From NCBI RefSeq assembly GCF_054482525.1, contig NZ_CM137006.1: a DNA stretch of 64,000 nucleotides; one strand, given 5' to 3'. Below are positions 46,903 to 53,690 of the stretch, one piece after another. The translations under genes and the position numbers were made by a program. Every line of letters begins with the position of its first letter. Position 1 is the stretch's first letter. Below the pieces are notes generated by a model. It was not told the DNA's origin and did not search any database. It saw only the letters and a program-made list of their open reading frames with translations.

Positions 46903-47598
46903 TCAGAAGAACCCTGCCTTGTCGTTGATGTACTCCGCGTGCGTCTGGATATCACGCAGGCATTTGCTCACACCGACGATGTAGCAGAACATGGTGGTCA
47001 GCTCCGCCGCCGCGCCCGATACGTCGTGCCCGTCGTCCTGTAACTGGTTCAGCAGATTCATCAGCAGTGAGTTCTCCGTCAGGCCGAGAACACCAGACGG
47101 CGAATGAATCAGGCTGCGGTAGCCGGGCTTCAGTGGGGCACTGTAGGTTTTGTTCTCTATCTTCATCGCCTGCATCACTGCTGATGCTGTGGCGTTGGCT
47201 ACCTGGTCGGCAACCATCTTTATGCGCTCTTCCTGCGGGAGCGAGTTTTTAATGTAACTTCCGGTGCGGCGGATCTGAGGAAGAACCTCACCTGTAACCC
47301 ATTTACGAAAGCGGTATGGGATAGTGCCTGGTGTCACTGCGTCGCGGCAGCGGAGGATCAGTGTGTAGAGGCCTGACTCGGAGATGATGATCGATTCTTG
47401 CTCACCGCCAGGGGTGTCGGTTGAAGCGACGCCCTTCTCATCATCATCAAGTTTTCGAACAGCATCTCGATGGTTTGCTATGCCTATAGCCCGACAAACA
47501 TCTGAAGCGATAAACCATGGCTCACCATTAATGACGATTACTCGTATATCGGCTTGGGATTCGAAAGAAAAAATGGACGTGCTTTTTGTAGCTGTCAT
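46903..47598 (-). CDS. Bro-N domain antirepressor-like protein
   Basis: 231 aa. The N-terminus FESQADIRVIVINGEPWFIASDVCRAIGIANHRDAVRKLDDDEKGV is a typical Bro-N domain. The C-terminal 70 aa are paralogous to the ORF at 47914-48186. Confidence 0.7.
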   Translation of the reverse strand: MTATKSTSIFSFESQADIRVIVINGEPWFIASDVCRAIGIANHRDAVRKLDDDEKGVASTDTPGGEQESIIISESGLYTLILRCRDAVTPGTIPYRFRKWVTGEVLPQIRRTGSYIKNSLPQEERIKMVADQVANATASAVMQAMKIENKTYSAPLKPGYRSLIHSPSGVLGLTENSLLMNLLNQLQDDGHDVSGAAAELTTMFCYIVGVSKCLRDIQTHAEYINDKAGFF

Positions 47599-47754
47599 AG
47601 TGGTTACCTTTTAGTCTGGTTAATCACCACTACCGACGCCAATCGGTTGGTGGTGAGCTGTGCAGGGTTGGCGTAACCGGCTAAAAGGACCCGGCGCACC
47701 TTTCGGTGCCCCCACACAGCCCACCATAATACGAATGTGGCCGTGCTATACGCA

Positions 47755-47776
47755 TAAAAAAACCGCTTGCGCGGTG
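47755..47776 (-). terminator. Intrinsic terminator inside the Ant leader
   Basis: On the minus strand, ACCGC-gcaa-GCGGT is followed by TTTTTTTT. Confidence 0.65.
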
Positions 47777-47875
47777 AATGCGCCTTTTAGTAATCCGGGA
47801 CGCCAATCCCGGCACTGGATTTTGCCAGTGCCCGATTACTATGGCACAAGAGGAGTGCGATGTAAATTTACCGCA
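47755..47875 (-). ncRNA. Predicted short leader transcript (about 120 nt) from the operator-overlapped promoter to the intrinsic terminator
   Basis: The promoter at 47882-47910 and the terminator at 47755-47776 are on the same strand. In between lie the hairpins GGCACTGG/CCAGTGCC (47811-47832) and CCGGGA-cgccaa-TCCCGG (47795-47812). Confidence 0.3.
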
Positions 47876-47883
47876 AAGGTAAA
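47867..47883. promoter_or_regulatory. Dyad site O12 (TTTACC-GCAAA-GGTAAA)
   Basis: Perfect dyad covering the predicted start site of the promoter at 47882-47910. Confidence 0.6.
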
Positions 47884-47910
47884 TATAAGCACTTCATTTG
47901 GTAATTGCAA
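47882..47910 (-). promoter_or_regulatory. Sigma70 promoter TTGCAA-17-TATATT (Ant leader promoter)
   Basis: On the minus strand, the -35 is TTGCAA (47905-47910), the spacer is 17 nt, and the -10 is TATATT (47882-47887). Confidence 0.55.
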
Positions 47911-47913
47911 ACC

Positions 47914-48186
47914 TTATCTGGTTTGTTTTCGTAATTGTTCGGCACAATAGTCGAGATGTGTTTGCAGATCCTGCATAGACATCTGTGAGCTGGTGACGTA
48001 GTTAATCAGTGCAGTCAGTTCGGCAAGTGGGCCATCGACATTAAATCCATCCTTATCTAGATCCCGGAGTAATTTCATCAAGTGCGATCCCTCCACCAGT
48101 GACTTGACGCCTCCCGGCGTGTGAATCCTTTCGGTAAATCCGTCTTCCAGTGGATAGTGATACTGCTGCATCTTAATCTTCTCCAT
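47914..48186 (-). CDS. Small LexA-controlled protein homologous to the Ant C-terminal domain (candidate SOS antirepressor)
   Basis: A 90-aa ORF. The likely real start is the ATG at 48171 (85 aa), 9 nt after GGAG. IHTPGGVKSLVEGSHLMKLLRDLDKDGFNVDGPLAELTALINYV...MQDLQTHLDY aligns with Ant IHSPSGVLGLTENSLLMNLLNQLQDDGHDVSGAAAELTTMFCYI...LRDIQTHAEY. Confidence 0.6.
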   Translation of the reverse strand: MEKIKMQQYHYPLEDGFTERIHTPGGVKSLVEGSHLMKLLRDLDKDGFNVDGPLAELTALINYVTSSQMSMQDLQTHLDYCAEQLRKQTR

Positions 48187-48193
48187 GCAATAA

Positions 48194-48209
48194 CTGTATA
48201 TTTATACAG
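48194..48209. promoter_or_regulatory. LexA (SOS) box CTGTATATTTATACAG
   Basis: Perfect CTGT-N8-ACAG with an all-A/T spacer inside TAACTGTATATTTATACAGTAT. On the minus strand it contains a TATAAA -10 candidate. Confidence 0.8.
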
Positions 48210-48247
48210 TATCAAATAATTTGTTTGCTATCCAGCACGTTTTGCAA

Positions 48248-48264
48248 ATTACCTAAAAGGTAAT
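48248..48264. promoter_or_regulatory. Dyad site O13 (ATTACC-TAAAA-GGTAAT)
   Basis: Perfect dyad overlapping the rightward promoter TTACCT (48249-48254), 17 nt, TATATT (48272-48277) for the tailspike gene. Confidence 0.6.
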
Positions 48265-48367
48265 ATCTATTTATATTCACAGTATTTCTATCCATATGTG
48301 GTTTTTCAGGTAATAGAATAACCAGATATGCGGCGCAACGGGTGCTGCGACTATCTGGAGATTTAAC

Positions 48368-51142
48368 ATGACGGTCTCAACCGAAGTTGACCACAACGAA
48401 TACACAGGTAACGGCGTTACGACATCATTTCCGTATACCTTCCGCATTTTCAAAAAAACAGACCTGGTTGTTCAGGTGTCTGACCTGAACGGTAACGTAA
48501 CAGAATTGGTTCTGGATACCGGTTATACGGTAACTGGGGCGGGCACTTATAGTGGCGGTTCTGTTGTTCTTCCGTCGCCGCTTGCTGCTGGCTGGAAAAT
48601 CACGATAGAGCGTGTGCTTGATGTGGTGCAGGAGACTGATCTTCGCAATCAGGGAAAATTTTTCCCCGAAGTTCATGAGGATGCATTTGACTACCTGACG
48701 ATGCTGATCCAGCGATGTTTTGGGTGGTTCAGACGTGCATTGATGAAACCATCTTTGCTTGCAAAATATTACGATGCAAAGCAAAACAGAATTTCTAACC
48801 TTGCAGATCCATCACTTGAGCAGGATGCTGTAAATAATCGCTCAATGCGTAATTATGTCGATGCTGCAATCGCCGGGGTTGTTGGTGGTTTTGGTTGGTT
48901 TATTCAGTATGGTTTTGGGGCAGTATATCGAACGTTCCAGGATAAGATGCGGGATATCGTCAATGTTCGCGATTTTGGTGCAAAAGGGGATGGCATTACT
49001 GACGATACAGACGCAATAACAAATGCCATCATTTACTGCGCATCTAACGGAAAACGCCTGAAGTGGGATTCTGGTGTGTATTTGATTAGCCGCATAAAAT
49101 GCGGCGGGGATAATTATAACTATGACTGGGTAGCTGATGGCAAGGTTGTCTTAAAGTCAACCGCAAAAGAGCCTCTTGGTCCAAACTGGATTGATGATTA
49201 TTTCATAAGACTCGAAGGTGGAGATGCCACGCCAATTGACTATAATTCAACAATAAATCCTGGTGACACATCAATATCAATTAACTCAGCATATTCTGTT
49301 GATGCAGGCGATATAATTATGATTCATGGTAATCGCTTAATTCAGACAGATAATAGAGGACAGGCTTGTGAAGGTGAAATGCATGTTGTTACTGCTTTTG
49401 ATAATGCAACAAAAAAAGCGGAGATATCAGGTGCATTTTATTTTTTCTACTCTGCGAGCAATGATTACTCAACGACCGTAACAGCATCTGTATCCGGAGG
49501 TGAATTCTCATTTGGTAATGATGCAACATTAACAAAACAATACAATCAGGTAAAAGTAACAGGTGTCACCGGAGCTAACGCCGGAATATCAAGATACATA
49601 ACTCATTGGGATTACGACACTAAAACAGCAAAATTTGAATATGCTCAGGGACCATTCCCGTTTAAACCATCTGTTGGAGACGTGTTTAAAATCACAAGAA
49701 AGGCAAATATATATAAAAGAAAACCATGCTACGGCAGAATTGTCGGTGATTTCAATTTTGAAAGACCTGTCACGCAGAACGCATCTCCTGGTGATTTGGG
49801 GTTCCGTGGTCTTGTGATAGATGGCGCTGTTGATATGCATATAGAAGGAATAAAACTAATCGGCTTTTCAGAAACTGGAATTTTTCTTGAGTCATGCTAC
49901 AGAACGAAAATAATAGAGCCATATATTGAATACTCAAACCGTGCATATGATTTAACAAACGGCACTGGTTATGGTGTTGAAATATACAATAGCAGCTATT
50001 GCACAGTCGTGGATATGATAGCATTTGCTTGCAGGAGGGGGCTTGATGTAAGCGGGACTCAAATGGTATCACTGTATAATAACATTATAAATCCAACGAT
50101 GATGGGTGGTGGAACTGCATATGATGGAGTTAAATTTTTCCCTGATGGCGATACAAGAAATTCATGTTGCGGTGGACACGGCCCATCATACGAAACAACT
50201 TTTACAGGCGGCAATTCAGTCAATTTGTATTATGCTGGTGTAATACGCGGATTAAATGAAGTGTATGATGGAATGAACGCCAGGGGATTTAGCGGACCGG
50301 CTCCTTTTTTTGTAAGATATAGTGGTGGTGGGTTCACGATTCAGAACTGTAATTATATTGATGGTTTTACTGAGATGTCTTTGCCATACAACTTGAGGTA
50401 CAAACCTGTGAATGCAACTCAACGTAATCACAGACCTTTTGTTTTTATTGAAACAACTCTGGCACAGACAGACAGAAACTCTTACTATAAAGAACTTCCT
50501 GTTGTTATTAAGAATAATACCGCAAGGACTGTTCTCAAGGGCTTTTTACGTTTTGAGGTTAATGATGGCCTCACCCCTCTAATCCAAAATATTTATTTTG
50601 GTGGTAATTTATGCATGGCGAACCCAGAAACATCAGACTCTGTATCAGGGCAAACAGAGGCAGTAATGGTTTATTCATCAGTTCCTGGTGCAATAATTGT
50701 TCGAAATTTCCATGATCTTGGCGGTAACAGAATTGTTCCTGTTGGAGCAGGATACAGATACTGCGGTATGTTCAACACGCCAGATGGAATAGCAGGAACA
50801 ATAGTTCAACCAGACGGAAAATATCTAATAACACTTGAAGCCAACAAATCTACAAGTATCCTTGTTGGTGGATATGTCCCATGTGTTCGCCTTGATATGC
50901 ACGACATACTTGATATTCATGGGGTAATTGCAGTTGGTGTTCTTATTCATCGTGGTGAGGCAATTGATTTTTCTCCTTTAAAAGAAATTAATAAGCAAAA
51001 TGTTGTATTGAAAACCGGAGTTCTTTCAGATAATGATGGTGATGAAAATAACTTAAATATTTCGTTTGACTTTGCAACCATATATTTAAGCAACAAGATG
51101 CCAAATAAGATTCAACTATCTATTGAAGTATCAGGAGTGTAA
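48368..51142 (+). CDS. Tailspike: conserved N-terminal particle-binding domain plus pectate-lyase-like beta-helix receptor-binding/depolymerase body
   Basis: 924 aa. The N-terminus MTVSTEVDHNEYTGNGVTTSFPYTFRIF...ETDLRNQGKFFPEVHEDAFDYLTMLIQ is one I recall from epsilon15/phiV10-type tailspikes. It is followed by VNVRDFGAKGDGITDDTDAITNAI. Confidence 0.8.
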   Translation: MTVSTEVDHNEYTGNGVTTSFPYTFRIFKKTDLVVQVSDLNGNVTELVLDTGYTVTGAGTYSGGSVVLPSPLAAGWKITIERVLDVVQETDLRNQGKFFPEVHEDAFDYLTMLIQRCFGWFRRALMKPSLLAKYYDAKQNRISNLADPSLEQDAVNNRSMRNYVDAAIAGVVGGFGWFIQYGFGAVYRTFQDKMRDIVNVRDFGAKGDGITDDTDAITNAIIYCASNGKRLKWDSGVYLISRIKCGGDNYNYDWVADGKVVLKSTAKEPLGPNWIDDYFIRLEGGDATPIDYNSTINPGDTSISINSAYSVDAGDIIMIHGNRLIQTDNRGQACEGEMHVVTAFDNATKKAEISGAFYFFYSASNDYSTTVTASVSGGEFSFGNDATLTKQYNQVKVTGVTGANAGISRYITHWDYDTKTAKFEYAQGPFPFKPSVGDVFKITRKANIYKRKPCYGRIVGDFNFERPVTQNASPGDLGFRGLVIDGAVDMHIEGIKLIGFSETGIFLESCYRTKIIEPYIEYSNRAYDLTNGTGYGVEIYNSSYCTVVDMIAFACRRGLDVSGTQMVSLYNNIINPTMMGGGTAYDGVKFFPDGDTRNSCCGGHGPSYETTFTGGNSVNLYYAGVIRGLNEVYDGMNARGFSGPAPFFVRYSGGGFTIQNCNYIDGFTEMSLPYNLRYKPVNATQRNHRPFVFIETTLAQTDRNSYYKELPVVIKNNTARTVLKGFLRFEVNDGLTPLIQNIYFGGNLCMANPETSDSVSGQTEAVMVYSSVPGAIIVRNFHDLGGNRIVPVGAGYRYCGMFNTPDGIAGTIVQPDGKYLITLEANKSTSILVGGYVPCVRLDMHDILDIHGVIAVGVLIHRGEAIDFSPLKEINKQNVVLKTGVLSDNDGDENNLNISFDFATIYLSNKMPNKIQLSIEVSGV

Positions 51143-51178
51143 TTGTATCAATTTGCTAAATTAAAAAAGGATAAAAAT

Positions 51179-51463
51179 ATGGATACAACACCAATAACAC
51201 ATGCAGTATGCGCGGTTATTGCGCAGATACTGGTTGGCCTTTCTACCGGAAACTGGGCTTACGGTGCGATAGCCGGTTGTACGTTCTTCATTGCGCGTGA
51301 ACACACCCAGGCAGAATATCGCTGGATAGAAAAGTTTGGGAAAGGGAAACGTATCAACATGCCATGGTGGGGAGGTTTTGATCCACGCGTGTGGGATGTG
51401 GGAAGTCTGTTGGATTTTGCTGTTCCTGTCATTTTTTGTTTTTGTATTTATTTCTCTATTTGA
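51179..51463 (+). CDS. 94-aa membrane protein (hypothetical)
   Basis: It starts at MDTTPITHAVCAV, has three hydrophobic segments and is AT-rich. The TTG start at 51143 is unlikely. Confidence 0.45.
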   Translation: MDTTPITHAVCAVIAQILVGLSTGNWAYGAIAGCTFFIAREHTQAEYRWIEKFGKGKRINMPWWGGFDPRVWDVGSLLDFAVPVIFCFCIYFSI

Positions 51464-51467
51464 CCGC

Positions 51468-51492
51468 TACCGCGCCATCAAATGGCGCGGTA
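51468..51492 (+). other. Strong hairpin after the membrane-protein gene
   Basis: An 11-bp stem, TACCGCGCCAT-caa-ATGGCGCGGTA, with no T-run. Confidence 0.4.
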
Positions 51493-51674
51493 TTCAACCC
51501 GATCTCCATAGTTTGAATCATTTCTGTACTGTTGTTTCTTCAGTGTTATGTAAAAGGTGAGCCTTATTATCGGCATGAAAACAGGGGATTGACGATGTTG
51601 AAGTAACAAAAAACCATAAATGGTTTATCATGCATAATGCTTTACTGTTCAGGAGGTAGTTATGCATATAAACG

Positions 51675-52088
51675 GTGGAAAACATGTCAGCTCAACTAAC
51701 CAGTGAAACTTTAAATCAGTGGCTTAGCATGAGTTCTCTGGCGGCGGTGATAGCAGGAGTTCCTCCTGAGGTTGCTTTGGGGGCTTTGGCTGGAGCGGTA
51801 ATTTTTGTTACCTCTGCGGTAGAGTATCCCATTCGTCGTCGTGTACTCTTGTCGATGCTTAGCTTTCTCTGCGGCCTTCTTTTTTATAAACCAGCAGCAT
51901 CAATTCTTATCGGCATAGCCAGCATGATCCCTACTATCACGCAGGACTCTTTTGAAAAAGGGATTGTTTTCTCTGCTGGCGCATTCGTGTCAGCAATTGT
52001 TGCTGTGCGTATTGGTATATGGCTCTACCACCGTTCCGATAATCCACGCGAGTTAATTCCGGGGAGAAAAGACGATGGTAACGCATGA
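51675..52088 (+). CDS. Holin-like multi-TM protein
   Basis: 137 aa with 3-4 TM segments and a charged C-terminus. It is the first gene of the lysis cluster. Confidence 0.45.
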   Translation: MENMSAQLTSETLNQWLSMSSLAAVIAGVPPEVALGALAGAVIFVTSAVEYPIRRRVLLSMLSFLCGLLFYKPAASILIGIASMIPTITQDSFEKGIVFSAGAFVSAIVAVRIGIWLYHRSDNPRELIPGRKDDGNA

Positions 52089-52383
52089 GTTTTTTTTGCT
52101 TATCACCAATGCAGTTATTTGTACTGGCATAGCAATTCGTGTTGTCACATTCCGGCGTAACGGATCTCAACATCGAAGATGGGGGGGGTGGCTTGCTTAT
52201 TTCCTGATTGTTGCTGCGGCCAGTATTCCGGTTCGTGTTGCCTATGCAATCTGGTTCCGCACGCCAATGGCTGTGGATTTATCTGAGGTCATTATCAACG
52301 CTGTCATGCTCGCTGCGGTTATTAAAACGCGCGGTAACGTCGTTCAAATTTTCAAAGTATCGAGGTCTAAACATGGAGATTAA
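52075..52383 (+). CDS. Second holin/antiholin-like membrane protein
   Basis: 102 aa with 3 TM segments and a basic C-terminus. It overlaps both neighbouring genes. Confidence 0.45.
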   Translation: MVTHEFFLLITNAVICTGIAIRVVTFRRNGSQHRRWGGWLAYFLIVAAASIPVRVAYAIWFRTPMAVDLSEVIINAVMLAAVIKTRGNVVQIFKVSRSKHGD

Positions 52384-53002
52384 ACAATTCCAGCGAGCTG
52401 CTGGTATTAGCGAGGCGCTGGCCGCACGCTGGTTCTCGCATATAACTTCTGCGATGAAAGAGTTTGGTATCAGCAAACCAGAAGATCAGGCAATGTTTAT
52501 TGCTCAGGTCGGGCATGAGTCTGGAGGTTTCACCCGGTTGCAGGAAAATTTCAACTACAGCGTCAGCGGACTGGCTAACTTTGTTCGGGCTGGGCGTCTC
52601 ACTCAGGGACAGGCCAACGCACTGGGTCGCCGTGCTGGTGAACCGCCATTACCACTCGAGCGCCAGCGTGCGATCGCAAATTTGGTGTACAGCAAACGCA
52701 TGGGGAACAATGCCCCCGGCGATGGCTGGAATTACCGGGGTCGCGGACTTATCCAGATTACCGGTTTGAATAACTATCGTGATTGCGGAAACGGCCTGAA
52801 AGTGGACCTGCTGGAGAATCCTGAACTGTTGGCGCAGGACGAATACGCGGCTCGTAGCGCGGCGTGGTTCTTCTCCAGCAAAGGCTGCATGAAGTATACC
52901 GGAGATATTGCACGTGTAACTCTGCTTATCAATGGTGGCCGGAACGGCATTGATGACCGGCGCGCGCGATACATCACTGCCAGTAAGGTGCTGGCGGTAT
53001 GA
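52373..53002 (+). CDS. Endolysin, glycoside hydrolase family 19 (chitinase-like)
   Basis: It starts at [23 protein letters not shown]...[16 protein letters not shown]...AARSAAWFF...INGG.NG motifs are present. Confidence 0.8.
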   Translation: MEIKQFQRAAGISEALAARWFSHITSAMKEFGISKPEDQAMFIAQVGHESGGFTRLQENFNYSVSGLANFVRAGRLTQGQANALGRRAGEPPLPLERQRAIANLVYSKRMGNNAPGDGWNYRGRGLIQITGLNNYRDCGNGLKVDLLENPELLAQDEYAARSAAWFFSSKGCMKYTGDIARVTLLINGGRNGIDDRRARYITASKVLAV

Positions 53003-53496
53003 TCTGGGCATTCGCAAAAGCATACTGGAAACAGTTGGTTATCATGGCGATGCTTGCTGTTCTGGTCATATCAGGAGTTGTAGCCTGGAATGCACACGGT
53101 AGTCGTCAGTACGACGCCGGGTATGCACAGGCACAGGAAGATCAGAAACAGGCTGATGATAAGGCCAGGTCACAACGTGATCAGGAGAAAACACAAATTG
53201 AACGTGAAGCACAATCCCGTATCGATGTGGCGCGTGTTGATGCTGAGCATGCTAATGCCGCTGCTGACAGCCTGCGCGCCGAGCTTGACAAAACCAAGCG
53301 ACTCGCCGAACACTATACCGGATCTTTCCCCACTGGCACGTCAGCCAGCAAGGTCATCGGTGTGCTCGCCGACATGCTTGAAGAAAGCAACCGAGTTTAC
53401 AACGCAACAGCAGCTGAGGCTGAAAAGTATCGGATTGCAGGAGAATCCTGCGAACAGCAATACGATTCACTGAAGAAACAAAAATCGTGGCACTGA
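52999..53496 (+). CDS. i-spanin (Rz-like)
   Basis: 165 aa with an N-terminal TM segment and a coiled-coil periplasmic domain. It follows the endolysin gene. Confidence 0.7.
   Translation: MIWAFAKAYWKQLVIMAMLAVLVISGVVAWNAHGSRQYDAGYAQAQEDQKQADDKARSQRDQEKTQIEREAQSRIDVARVDAEHANAAADSLRAELDKTKRLAEHYTGSFPTGTSASKVIGVLADMLEESNRVYNATAAEAEKYRIAGESCEQQYDSLKKQKSWH
53225..53473 (+). CDS. o-spanin (Rz1-like lipoprotein) embedded in the +1 frame of the i-spanin gene
   Basis: [17 protein letters not shown] has the lipobox LTAC, and the mature part is Pro-rich. Only the distal part of ORF 53090-53473 is used. Confidence 0.6.
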   Translation: MWRVLMLSMLMPLLTACAPSLTKPSDSPNTIPDLSPLARQPARSSVCSPTCLKKATEFTTQQQLRLKSIGLQENPANSNTIH

Positions 53497-53624
53497 TTTC
53501 CGGTGACGGTATATAAAACGGTACGGCGAAAATCAGGTTGCAGAAAGTTGTTATCAGTCAATTGGTTATGTGTGTCGTAAATAATTGAGTGGGAATAATT
53601 TGACCCTGCACTATGAATGAACAA

Positions 53625-53651
53625 AACCCTCTGTTACTACAGAGGGTTTTT
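53625..53651 (+). repeat. attR: right copy of the 27-bp repeat; terminator-like hairpin
   Basis: AACCCTCTGTT-ac-TACAGAGGGTTTTT is followed by TATC. Confidence 0.8.
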
Positions 53652-53690
53652 TATCTTCAAGAATTATAGGCTTGAAGTTACTTACATCGA

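Larger units (their letters stand above)
13100..53651. mobile_element. Integrated temperate podovirus prophage, epsilon15/phiV10-like by gene order, about 40.5 kb
   Basis: Host synteny guaA | yfgI is interrupted. The element is flanked by the att repeats, has an integrase next to attL, and carries complete replication, packaging, capsid, tail, tailspike and lysis modules. Confidence 0.9.

Noticed and set aside
47660-47950. 96-aa plus-strand ORF in the Ant leader region.
   Set aside because: It overlaps the hairpins, the terminator, the promoter and the 3' end of the small SOS gene. It has no SD and its product looks non-protein-like.
53090-53224. Upstream part of the 127-aa ORF nested in the i-spanin gene.
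   Set aside because: Only the segment from [17 protein letters not shown] onward has signal-peptide and lipobox features. The upstream part is a basic, non-genic-looking read-through of the alternative frame.
13100-53651. A diversity-generating retroelement (as in the distantly related BPP-1), a retron, a CRISPR array or a restriction-modification pair inside the prophage.
   Set aside because: I saw no reverse-transcriptase-like ORF, no template/variable repeat pair at the tailspike 3' end, no regularly spaced repeats, and no nuclease partner for the methyltransferase.
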